Made by a program: the position numbers and the translations under genes. A DNA stretch of 64,000 nt, taken from NCBI GenBank assembly GCA_021735655.1, contig JAIPGM010000002.1:258747-322746 (forward strand), read 5' to 3'. Within the stretch, counting starts at the first letter, position 1, and the number at the start of each line of letters is the position of its first letter. Under the pieces are notes generated by a model that was given only the letters and a program-made list of their open reading frames with translations, had not been told where the DNA came from and made no database searches. Shown here piece after piece: positions 34,788 to 43,426 of this stretch. The stretch is from Candidatus Omnitrophota bacterium (GTDB taxonomy: Bacteria; Omnitrophota; Gorgyraeia; Duberdicusellales; 4484-171).

Positions 34788-36446
34788 TTACTTTAAAAGT
34801 ATATAAAAAAGTATCCCCATACCTAAAAGACACCAGGACAAATAAGTAGATAAAATGCCATTATGCAAATAACGCAAAATACTGTTAAAGCCAAAAGTAA
34901 TTTTACTACCGACTTCATAAATATCGAATAATTTCTTATTAGCTAAACTATAGATAACCTTTAACAGGCCCAACTCTTTGATTGTGTTATAAAAATCAGT
35001 TCCTGAAACTCTCATCTCGGGATATTTTTCAGTGCTTTCTCCGCCCATAAAAATATTAACCTGGCGACTCTTTGAAACTGTGCCCAAAAGATAAACTATT
35101 AGACCAATGACCATGCCAGCAAGAATCAAAGCCGTAGCTAAACTTGCATTCCAGACTCCGGAAAACTCTACTGGCTGCCAAATAACCGGAAAGATAAAAA
35201 ACTTAAGCGGAAGCCGGTAAGCAAATACACCAAAAACTACACATAGTAAGGCTAAAATTGCTCCCGGTATCCACATCGCTAGCCCAACCTCTTTTTTCTG
35301 ATCTTTACTGAGTGCTTTTACGGTTGTGCTTTCTTGACCCAAAAATACAGCATGAACAAGTTTCATGAAACTTGCCAAAGTTAAGGCACTTCCAAACATG
35401 GCTGAAACTAACCAAACGACCCATAACCCACCACTGTTTTTAGCCGTCTCAATGATACCCTGGTAGATCATCCATTTAGAAACAAAACCATTAAATGGCG
35501 GAACCCCAGAGATAGCAAATGAAGCAATCAAAAAAGTAATAAAAGTAATCGGCATATATTTAGCAAGACCGCCAAGTTTATCTAAATTAGTAGTTTTGGT
35601 CCTTTTTTCTACAGAGCCACTGGTTAAAAATAAACAAGACTTATAAATCGCATTATTCAGCATATGAAATAGTCCACCGGCAATACCGATAATTGTACCC
35701 GTACCAATACCTAAAATCATATAACCAACTTGACTTACCGCATGATAACCAAGGAGTCTCTTTAAGTCATGTTGGACTAAAGCCATCATAACCGCAGCTA
35801 TAATAGTAAAGCTACCGATAAACATCAAAAATGTATTCATGCTTAAACCTAAACGAAACATTTCCAAGGAAATTCTAATTAAAAGATATATTCCCAAAAG
35901 TTTGTCCAAAGAAGCAGGCAAATAAGCCGCAACCGGAGTTGGTGAGTCTTCAGCTGCGTCAGGAACCCAGGTATGAAAAGGCATAGCCCCGGCTTTAGCA
36001 AAAGCTCCGACCGCCAAACAAAGATAGGCAAAAGTAGCCACCTTAGAAGTCAATGGTATTGATATTAAATCCATCTCGAATAAACCGGTAAGTTTCCAAA
36101 TTAAGGCAACTCCCAAAAGCATTAAAGCATCGGTTCCACCAATTATAATAAATGCTTTCTTTGCCGTAGCTGAGCTATTATCCTTTTTACCAAAGCCAAT
36201 TAAAAGATAAAGAAGCAACCCCAAGAATCCCCAGAAAACCATGAACAGAATTAAATTATTGGCAAAAACCACACCCAAAGAAGCAATCAAAGTAAAAAAG
36301 ATATAAAGGTAGTAACGTGAAATTCCACGTTGGGCACGCATGTACCCCATCGAATATACAGTTACCAAAATAGAAAAAAACCAAATAAATATTCCGACAA
36401 ATATCGACAAAGCATCAAATCTAAAATAATTCGCTAAAAAATTCAT
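34788..36446 (-). CDS. Antiporter-like membrane subunit (NuoL/MnhA/MbhH/HyfB family)
   Basis: 552-aa polytopic protein (FHTWVPDAAEDSPTPVAAYL, LLGYHAVSQVGYM). Confidence 0.85.
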   Translation of the reverse strand: MNFLANYFRFDALSIFVGIFIWFFSILVTVYSMGYMRAQRGISRYYLYIFFTLIASLGVVFANNLILFMVFWGFLGLLLYLLIGFGKKDNSSATAKKAFIIIGGTDALMLLGVALIWKLTGLFEMDLISIPLTSKVATFAYLCLAVGAFAKAGAMPFHTWVPDAAEDSPTPVAAYLPASLDKLLGIYLLIRISLEMFRLGLSMNTFLMFIGSFTIIAAVMMALVQHDLKRLLGYHAVSQVGYMILGIGTGTIIGIAGGLFHMLNNAIYKSCLFLTSGSVEKRTKTTNLDKLGGLAKYMPITFITFLIASFAISGVPPFNGFVSKWMIYQGIIETAKNSGGLWVVWLVSAMFGSALTLASFMKLVHAVFLGQESTTVKALSKDQKKEVGLAMWIPGAILALLCVVFGVFAYRLPLKFFIFPVIWQPVEFSGVWNASLATALILAGMVIGLIVYLLGTVSKSRQVNIFMGGESTEKYPEMRVSGTDFYNTIKELGLLKVIYSLANKKLFDIYEVGSKITFGFNSILRYLHNGILSTYLSWCLLGMGILFYILLK

Positions 36447-37630
36447 TTTATGCCTAGTTTACTTTTTATCTTTTCGGTTTTACTTTGTGAAAGGCGAACT
36501 AAATCCTCACCGTTATATATTTTTTTACCCTTAGTGTTACGTACCGCCACTCTCTCAGTACAACAATAACAAGGATCAATGGACGCTAAAATTATCGTTG
36601 CATCAGAAATCGTCTCGCCAACCACAGTTGCCTTATAGGTCGGTAAATTCATAAAAGTAGGTGCTCTTACTTTGTGACGAGCCGGTCGATTGGTCCCATC
36701 GCTTTTCACATAATGAAAACATTCACCCCGCGGCGCCTCAATATGACCGATACCTTCACCTGAAGGAATACTTTTAATCTTAGCATCAATTTCTGTATCC
36801 GGAAGGTTTAAAAGGCAATACTTAACCATATCTATCGATTCAAAAGTCTCTAAAATTCTTACTACCGCTTTATCGAAAACATCGCCATTTTTAGTCACAA
36901 TCATATTCCAGTTAAACTGATCATATGCCCCATAAGGAGAATTTTTACGTAGATCTCTGGCCACCCCCGAAGCCCGAGATACCGGACCGAGAGCACAAAA
37001 GTTAATTGCCTCATCCTTAGTGAGGATACCTATTCCTTTAGTCCTAGCATGTAACACCGGGTCATCGATTACTGCCTTTTTAAGCATTTCAAGAGTCGGG
37101 ATAATCGAATCTATCTTTTTTATCGCAAAAGGTATATCTTCTTTTTTTATGTCTCGCCGAACCCCTCCCGGCTTAAACATAGCATAGTTGTTGCGATTTC
37201 CCGAAAGTGCCTCCATAACATCAAGGATTTCCTCACGCAACTTCCAAGCCCACATATAAACAGTATTGTAACCTAAAAAATGTCCGGCAAGACCCAACCA
37301 TAAAAGATGTGAATGAATACGTTCTCCCTCAGCGATAATTGTTCGGATATATTTAGCCCTCATTGGCACTTCTAGAGGGATAACATCCTCAACTGCCCGA
37401 GTATAAGCATAAGGATGACTGGTTGAACAAATACCACAGATTCTCTCAATTACAAAAGTAGATTGGTCGAAGGTTTTTCGCTCAGAAAGCTTTTCAATGC
37501 CGCGATGGTTATAACCAATCTGAACATCGATATCAACAACTGTCTCCCCATCTACAGTTAAGCTGAAAAACTCAGGCTCTTCCTGTAAAGGGTGATATGG
37601 TCCGATTGGAACTATAGTTCGTTTTCCCAT
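36443..37630 (-). CDS. Group 4 [NiFe] hydrogenase large subunit (MbhL/EchE/HycE-type, NuoD homolog)
   Basis: Both Ni-Fe ligand pairs are present: N-terminal RICGICSTSH and C-terminal DPCYCCTER. A ~33-aa C-terminal extension follows, as expected for an endopeptidase-processed subunit. Confidence 0.9.
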   Translation of the reverse strand: MGKRTIVPIGPYHPLQEEPEFFSLTVDGETVVDIDVQIGYNHRGIEKLSERKTFDQSTFVIERICGICSTSHPYAYTRAVEDVIPLEVPMRAKYIRTIIAEGERIHSHLLWLGLAGHFLGYNTVYMWAWKLREEILDVMEALSGNRNNYAMFKPGGVRRDIKKEDIPFAIKKIDSIIPTLEMLKKAVIDDPVLHARTKGIGILTKDEAINFCALGPVSRASGVARDLRKNSPYGAYDQFNWNMIVTKNGDVFDKAVVRILETFESIDMVKYCLLNLPDTEIDAKIKSIPSGEGIGHIEAPRGECFHYVKSDGTNRPARHKVRAPTFMNLPTYKATVVGETISDATIILASIDPCYCCTERVAVRNTKGKKIYNGEDLVRLSQSKTEKIKSKLGIK

Positions 37631-38103
37631 TATAATCCTCGATCTCTAATTGATGAGTCGTCCCACTCTTGATAATCGCGTCTCAAAGGATATACACCTT
37701 GTGGCCACTCATCGGGCAAAAGCAACCGCTTCAACTCTGGATGACCGCGAAAATTGACTCCTAACATTTCAGCTATCTCACGTTCAATCCAATTAGCACC
37801 TTCAAATATTGGGGCTAATGAATCTATTTCTAATTTGCTCTTATCCAACTTAACCCGGAAAGAAACTACTAAATTTATATCTTCAAAGGTAAAATGATAA
37901 AGAATTTCTATATGTTTAAATGTATCTACTCCCGAAGCAATATTGAATCTGGCCCCCAAATTTTTAAAAACATAGGTCGCAACCTTAACAATCGCCTGAG
38001 GTTTAATCTCAATATAGACCCGAGTTAAGGTCTTATCGAAAATATCTAAAATATCTTCGTCGAATCTTTTCTTTAAATCTTTAATAACTTCGCTTCTGGT
38101 CAT
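37630..38103 (-). CDS. NuoC/MbhK-like 30 kDa-type subunit
   Basis: 157 aa with the C-terminal motif EREIAEMLGVNFRGHPELKRLLLPDEWP. Confidence 0.85.
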   Translation of the reverse strand: MTRSEVIKDLKKRFDEDILDIFDKTLTRVYIEIKPQAIVKVATYVFKNLGARFNIASGVDTFKHIEILYHFTFEDINLVVSFRVKLDKSKLEIDSLAPIFEGANWIEREIAEMLGVNFRGHPELKRLLLPDEWPQGVYPLRRDYQEWDDSSIRDRGL

Positions 38104-38540
38104 TTTGCTTGAGGGTTTCCAGCCCCACTTAATTTATCGATTAACTTAACAACCCCGGCAATAATCGCCTCTGGTTTCGGCGGGCACCCAGGTATATATA
38201 CGTCTACCGGAATAATTTTATCAACTGGCAAAGGACAGTTATAGCTATGAATAAACATACCTCGCGACAAAGAGCACTCACCAACAGCCACTACTACACA
38301 AGGCTTCGGCATCTGCTCATATACTTCTTTAATCCGAGGAATGCACTTTCGATTAGCAGAACCAGTTACTAAAAGCACGTCAGCATGTTTTATGCTTCCG
38401 GCTAAAAGCATGCCAAACCTTTCGATATCAAAGCGTGGGGTTAAACAATCCAATATTTCAATATCGCAATTATTGCAACTACCAGTTGAAAGATGAAAAA
38501 CCCATGGTGACTTGAGTAATGCTTTAAGTTTTATGCTCAT
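38100..38540 (-). CDS. [NiFe] hydrogenase small subunit, NuoB/MbhJ-like ([4Fe-4S] N2-type)
   Basis: Cys ligands at CNNC, GEC and PGCPP. Start placed at the ATG at 38540, which overlaps the upstream stop as ATGA. The tracked 5' extension uses TTG and overlaps the NuoH-like gene. Confidence 0.85.
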   Translation of the reverse strand: MSIKLKALLKSPWVFHLSTGSCNNCDIEILDCLTPRFDIERFGMLLAGSIKHADVLLVTGSANRKCIPRIKEVYEQMPKPCVVVAVGECSLSRGMFIHSYNCPLPVDKIIPVDVYIPGCPPKPEAIIAGVVKLIDKLSGAGNPQAK

Positions 38541-39460
38541 AAACCCTTTAAGGCTAAAATAACTGCGATTATAGCAATAATCAACATTGGCCCCCAAAAA
38601 AATCTTATTGCCTGATCAATTCTAACTCTAGGATTAGTATTACGAATAACGGTGATCAAGGCAACCAAACCAACATACCTCAACACCCCGTATATAAGAT
38701 TTAAGCCGTTTAGTCTTAACCCACCAATAAAAGTAATCATTATAAAGAAAGGCAAGACAAAGAACAACATATTTTTCATAAGTTTGTATACCGCAAGCGG
38801 GGCTCCCGAATACTCAACTAACGGTCCACCAATAATTTCGGTCTCAGCTTCAGGAATATCAAAAGGCACTAAGGCTAGTTTTGCCTGTACACACATAATA
38901 ATTACAATAAAAGCCAAAAACCCCGACCAGCTTCCTAAGATTACGCCATTTTGAGCCTGATAAGTGATAATTTCACCTAAACGCAAGCTAAACCCGCTTT
39001 GAATAACCGGAACTAAAACCGCTAGAATAAATGGCAATTCATAACTTAAAACTAATTTCATTTCTCGTGATGCACCAATACTAGCTAAAGGATTGCCTGA
39101 AGCAAAGCCTCCGATAATTATGCTTATTGAAGGAATAGCCAATAAATAAACTACAACAACAATATCACCAACAAAGGTCCTCAGCGGATTAAAATTATTA
39201 AACCAAAGCACCGTAGACACAACAATAACACTCCCTAAACCAATAATCGGAGCGCTCAAAAAACTAAACTGAGAAGCGCCTTTAGGAACCAAAGTCTCTT
39301 TTCCAAGAAGCTTCACCAAATCAATAAGCGGCTGTAGGATTGGCGGCCCAACGCGATACTGAACTCGAGCGGTAACTTTACGGTCAACCCAGCTAGTTAA
39401 CAAACCAATAATGGCGGTTAACAAGAATCCGAAAATAAAAAGATAAACTAAATAAATCAT
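38537..39460 (-). CDS. NuoH/HycD/MbhM-like membrane subunit
   Basis: 307-aa polytopic protein with the N-terminal motif DRKVTARVQYRVGP and a later FDIPEAETE motif, as in the NADH dehydrogenase subunit 1 family. Confidence 0.85.
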   Translation of the reverse strand: MIYLVYLFIFGFLLTAIIGLLTSWVDRKVTARVQYRVGPPILQPLIDLVKLLGKETLVPKGASQFSFLSAPIIGLGSVIVVSTVLWFNNFNPLRTFVGDIVVVVYLLAIPSISIIIGGFASGNPLASIGASREMKLVLSYELPFILAVLVPVIQSGFSLRLGEIITYQAQNGVILGSWSGFLAFIVIIMCVQAKLALVPFDIPEAETEIIGGPLVEYSGAPLAVYKLMKNMLFFVLPFFIMITFIGGLRLNGLNLIYGVLRYVGLVALITVIRNTNPRVRIDQAIRFFWGPMLIIAIIAVILALKGL

Positions 39461-40023
39461 ACTTTTTCTCTATCCCAATGAGTAGAATGTACTATTAAAT
39501 TGTCACCAACTAAAAATGAATCTTTGGTTAATAAATCATCCGAATTTACTAATTTTAATGCTCCGTATGGGCATGATTTTATGCAAAGCGGTTCATTTTT
39601 TTTATCTCTTCGATCAAAACAAAAATCACAATTATGAATTAAATAAGGCACATGCTCAGGATAAATGGTTCCGTAAGGGCAAGCATGAGAACAAGTTTTG
39701 CAACTTACGCAACGCATATTATGCCTAATCAAAAGGTTGTCTTTTTCGGTTTGTTGTTCCAAAGCCTCAAATGGGCAAGCATTAACACAGTGAGGTTCTT
39801 GGCATCTACGACAAACCAAAGCATAAGTTGCCAATTCAGCTACTGAAACTATTCCATTATTTATCGGATCTTGAGTGTGGTAAAAATAGCTGCACTCTAA
39901 CTTACATTTTTTGCATTCTCCGGCCGCACAAATATCAAGATCAACAAAAAGCCGTTGACCACTATCAGATTTAGCTTCGGTATTTAATTTTCCTTGATGT
40001 AGTTGTTCGGCACTTGTATCCAT
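39457..40023 (-). CDS. Poly-[4Fe-4S] ferredoxin (HycB-like electron-transfer subunit)
   Basis: 188 aa with four Cys clusters (CAAGECKKCKLEC; CRRCQEPHCVNACP; CVSCKTCSHACP; CDFC...CIKSCP). Confidence 0.8.
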   Translation of the reverse strand: MDTSAEQLHQGKLNTEAKSDSGQRLFVDLDICAAGECKKCKLECSYFYHTQDPINNGIVSVAELATYALVCRRCQEPHCVNACPFEALEQQTEKDNLLIRHNMRCVSCKTCSHACPYGTIYPEHVPYLIHNCDFCFDRRDKKNEPLCIKSCPYGALKLVNSDDLLTKDSFLVGDNLIVHSTHWDREKV

Positions 40024-40030
40024 AATAGCT

Positions 40031-40855
40031 CTAATCCCAAATATTAGGAAAATTCTTTATTTTGTCGTAAGTAAACACTGGTCCATCTTTGCAGGCATAA
40101 TAAGTCCCTAGCCGACAATGACCGCATTTACCAATTCCACAAGACATATTTTTTTCCATTGAAAGATAGATATTCTTCTCCTTAAAACCCAACTCAAGCA
40201 ATTTTTTAGTAGAAAACTTCATGGCGATTGGCGGCCCGCAAACAATAGCTATTGCCTCAGGGCAATTCATATCTAAATCATCCAAAATTGTAGTAACAAC
40301 ACCTACGTTACCTTTCCAATCAGGGCTAGCTTTATCAACAGTAAGTCTTAAATTTAAATCATCTCGCTTTGCCCAGCCGGCTATCTCAGTTTTATAGAGT
40401 AGCTCCTGTGAGGTTTTACAGCCACCCCGAAAAGACAGCTTCTTAAACTCCCCGCTTCGGGCAAAAAACTCATACATCAAACTACGCAAAGGAGCAAATC
40501 CACATCCACCACCGACGACAACGATTTCCTTACCTTTAAATTCATCAATCGGGTAACCAGTCCCAAAAGGGCCTCTCACTCCAATCAAATCGCCTTTTTT
40601 AAGCTGATGAACTTTATCGGTAACCTTGCCAACTTTCATTACCGTGACTTCCATTACATCTCTCACTGATGGCCTCGATGAAGGTGTAAATGGCGCCTCA
40701 CCCACGCCGGGAACAGTTAATTCGATAAATTGACCGGTCTCAAAACCCAAAGGCTCTTTAGGACGAAAACGTATGGTTTTAATCGTTGGCGTTTCGGTTA
40801 TTACATCAAGAACTTCGGCCTCAATCGATCTGTAAGGATTCTCGATTTTATGCAT
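40031..40855 (-). CDS. FAD/NAD(P)H-binding oxidoreductase with a C-terminal [2Fe-2S] site (AsrB / sulfhydrogenase gamma / PyrK-like)
   Basis: 274 aa. Ferredoxin-reductase-type fold (RFRPK...GQFIEL...PFTPSS; VVVGGGCGFAPL) and a C-terminal CGIGKCGHC...C motif. Confidence 0.8.
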   Translation of the reverse strand: MHKIENPYRSIEAEVLDVITETPTIKTIRFRPKEPLGFETGQFIELTVPGVGEAPFTPSSRPSVRDVMEVTVMKVGKVTDKVHQLKKGDLIGVRGPFGTGYPIDEFKGKEIVVVGGGCGFAPLRSLMYEFFARSGEFKKLSFRGGCKTSQELLYKTEIAGWAKRDDLNLRLTVDKASPDWKGNVGVVTTILDDLDMNCPEAIAIVCGPPIAMKFSTKKLLELGFKEKNIYLSMEKNMSCGIGKCGHCRLGTYYACKDGPVFTYDKIKNFPNIWD

Positions 40856-41873
40856 TATCCACCAACTTCTTTAAGACTTTTCGAATATCAATTTTAGCCG
40901 GGCAAGCTGTTATACAACGGCCACAGCCGGTACAAGCATACTCAGCGGCCACCTTGGGAAAAAAATCAAATTTTTTCTCAAACCTATTACGCAATCTCAT
41001 CCAAAGCCTCTCTCGAGGATTGGCTCCGCCAGCAACCCGAGCAAAATCTTTTATCATACAAGAATCCCAAATGCGTAAACGCTCCATCTTGTCTTTATCT
41101 TTTTGATCATACAAAAGAAAACAATGGCAGGTTGGGCAAATTGCATTACAGGCTCCACATTCAACGCAAGTTTTTGCTTCGTCTTCCCAAATTTTAGACT
41201 CATAGTTTTTCTGAACCACATCTTTGAAGCTGCTTTGGTCAGGAACGGTATTTTTACTTAGGTTAGCGTTAGCTTCTCCAGTTATTTTTTCACGCTTCTT
41301 ATCTCTGGTAACAACTAGATCTTCTCGAGTTTGACGAAAAAGAAGAGTATATTGCTTCAGAATACTCTCACCTTTATCGGATCCGCTTTCAACAACAAAG
41401 CCATCATCAACCACAGAAAGATTTAGATCAAAATTATCTTTAGGATACGGTTTTAGACCTAAAGCCGCACAAAAGCAAGTATCAATTACGCAAGTGCAAT
41501 CAGCTGAAATAATAAGGCTATCCTGACGTAACTTTAAATAAAAAGGATCCTGATAATCGGGATTATCAAAAACATAGTCTTGAATTTTAAAACCTTTCAG
41601 ATCACAAGCCTTGACTCCGACAATAGCAAAAGGCTTACTCGGAGACTGCGGAAGATCCGGACTAAAACCAGAAGCTACCTTCTGACGAGCCTTCAAAAAA
41701 AATGATTTTACCGGCTCAAAAGCCCTTACCTCGCCAACAACGAATTCACTAGTCGAGCTATCGAACTTATCGTAAAACCGCTGCTGACCTTTTTTGACCG
41801 GAACAAATACCTGATAATCTTTATTTAGGTTTTCAAGAAATTTAGAAAAATTATCGGAAGAGATATAATACAT
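40848..41873 (-). CDS. 4Fe-4S dicluster protein (AsrA / sulfhydrogenase beta-like)
   Basis: 341 aa with CVECGACNAICPTCHC and CTGCGRCITACP motifs. It is translationally coupled to the AsrB-like gene through an 8-nt overlap. Confidence 0.75.
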   Translation of the reverse strand: MYYISSDNFSKFLENLNKDYQVFVPVKKGQQRFYDKFDSSTSEFVVGEVRAFEPVKSFFLKARQKVASGFSPDLPQSPSKPFAIVGVKACDLKGFKIQDYVFDNPDYQDPFYLKLRQDSLIISADCTCVIDTCFCAALGLKPYPKDNFDLNLSVVDDGFVVESGSDKGESILKQYTLLFRQTREDLVVTRDKKREKITGEANANLSKNTVPDQSSFKDVVQKNYESKIWEDEAKTCVECGACNAICPTCHCFLLYDQKDKDKMERLRIWDSCMIKDFARVAGGANPRERLWMRLRNRFEKKFDFFPKVAAEYACTGCGRCITACPAKIDIRKVLKKLVDNA

Positions 41874-41920
41874 CAGAAGTCCTTGTTCTGTTTATGATTG
41901 ATACTTAAATTAACCATACT

Positions 41921-41938
41921 TTGTGATTTTATTCACAA
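41921..41938. promoter_or_regulatory. Rex operator (perfect 18-bp palindrome TTGTGA-N6-TCACAA)
   Basis: TTGTGATTTTATTCACAA matches the Rex box consensus TTGTGAAnnnnTTCACAA. It lies between the predicted promoter and the first gene of the hydrogenase operon, which itself encodes Rex. Confidence 0.7.
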
Positions 41939-41951
41939 AGTATTAAAGGCT

Positions 41952-41980
41952 AAATTAACATAAATGCTATAATCTGTCAA
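41952..41980 (-). promoter_or_regulatory. Promoter of the hydrogenase operon
   Basis: Minus strand reads TTGACA (41980..41975), a 17 nt spacer ending in TGT (extended -10 like), then TAATTT (41957..41952). The Rex box begins about 14 nt downstream. Confidence 0.45.
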
Positions 41981-42002
41981 ATATTTTTTATCTAATCGTT
42001 GA

Positions 42003-42296
42003 TTAGGTAGGTTTTTTAATATCTACATAATTCGTTAGGGTCGGGTTAAACTTAGCCAGAAAAAGCATTATCCCCCAAATTATAATCGTAGCTAAAGCAA
42101 TAACTACCCCCAACAGCAAATCTCTGCCTATATTTTCAGTAACCAGAAATAGTTCACGATTCCAAAGGTGATCGATAAAACCAAATAAGGCACCACCGTA
42201 AAACAATAGGGTTAACCACCAAATTTTTACATTTTTACTTTTATACCAAGCTAACGATGTTGCGGCAGCGCCCAGTAAAGATACAGCATAACACAT
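42003..42296 (-). CDS. Small integral membrane protein, hypothetical
   Basis: 97 aa with three predicted hydrophobic helices. No family recognised. Confidence 0.5.
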   Translation of the reverse strand: MCYAVSLLGAAATSLAWYKSKNVKIWWLTLLFYGGALFGFIDHLWNRELFLVTENIGRDLLLGVVIALATIIIWGIMLFLAKFNPTLTNYVDIKKPT

Positions 42297-42391
42297 TTAA
42301 ACACCTCCGTAGTAAAATTAACCTTTTTATAATTAAACTAACGAAACTTTACCAGATTCGAGTCTCATCAAAAATAGTCACTTATCATACC

Positions 42392-43423
42392 CTAAGTTTT
42401 ATTTAAAATCAAGAGCGATTTTTCAACTACTTCTTGAGGGGTAATTTTTCCAAGGCAAATAAAATCTTCTTTACAATTATGAGCAAAACAAACCGAACAA
42501 CCAGAATCCTTATGAAGGTAAGTTGAATTTTCTCCTAAAGGTTTCCAGCGTTTTGGAGAAAGACCAGAATCCTTTCGACCAAAGATAGAAATTACTGGTG
42601 TATTAACGCTAGCGGCAATGTGTACTGGTCCAGAATCATTAGAAATAAAAAGACTTGCCCGTTGCAGAATGGCCCCAATTTCAGAAATATTAAGTCTTCC
42701 ACGAAAATCAATAACCTTATTTTGCTTAGTAATCTTTTGCGCAAAGCTGGCTTCTTTTTTCGAAGTTATAACTACCACCTTAATCTTTAGTTTATCCTGT
42801 AGAATTTTGATAACTTCTGAAAAATAATCTTGCGGCCAACGCTTAGAAGGACACGACGCTGAAGGATGAATTACAATAAACTCATCCTCTACTCCCAAAT
42901 CGGCTTCTTTAAGTAATTTATCTACCCTCTTTTTCGCCTCAACAGATACTGGAAAAAACAACTCCTTATCTTTTACCGGTATCTTTAAATAACGCAAAAT
43001 ATCTAAGGTGTATTCTAACTCATGCTTCTGGCCTTCTTGTTTAGTATGCGGTAACCTTTCACTAAGTGACCAATCCATATTTTTGGCCCAACCAATACGT
43101 CTAGGAATAGCAGCAAAAAAAGACACCAGATGCATTCGATTCGTCGGATGCAAAATTAAAGCTAAATCAAATTTCTTTTTTTTCAGCTCCCAAGCAAATT
43201 TTATCGTTCCCCAAATACTTTTATGCTTACCATATTTATCATAAACAATAATTTCATCCAGATAAGGATTTCCGATCAAAACTTCTTGCGTGTAGGGACG
43301 GCAGATAAAAGCAATGTGCGCCTTCGGATAGTAAAGACGTAAGTTTTTAATTACTGGAGTCGAAAGAATAACATCACCCAATCGATCGGTTCTTGCGATT
43401 AGTATCTTTTTGGGTATACCCAT
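42392..43423 (-). CDS. Glycosyltransferase family 9 (LPS heptosyltransferase-like)
   Basis: ILIARTDRLGDVILSTPV at the N-terminus and ISNDSGPVHIAAS..TPVISIFG at the C-terminus, the GT9 signatures. Confidence 0.85.
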   Translation of the reverse strand: MGIPKKILIARTDRLGDVILSTPVIKNLRLYYPKAHIAFICRPYTQEVLIGNPYLDEIIVYDKYGKHKSIWGTIKFAWELKKKKFDLALILHPTNRMHLVSFFAAIPRRIGWAKNMDWSLSERLPHTKQEGQKHELEYTLDILRYLKIPVKDKELFFPVSVEAKKRVDKLLKEADLGVEDEFIVIHPSASCPSKRWPQDYFSEVIKILQDKLKIKVVVITSKKEASFAQKITKQNKVIDFRGRLNISEIGAILQRASLFISNDSGPVHIAASVNTPVISIFGRKDSGLSPKRWKPLGENSTYLHKDSGCSVCFAHNCKEDFICLGKITPQEVVEKSLLILNKT

Positions 43424-43426
43424 TAG

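Noticed and set aside
38541-38597. The 19-codon TTG-initiated extension of the NuoB-like ORF.
   Set aside because: It overlaps the end of the NuoH-like gene. The ATG at 38540 forms the common ATGA stop/start overlap and gives a normal NuoB N-terminus.
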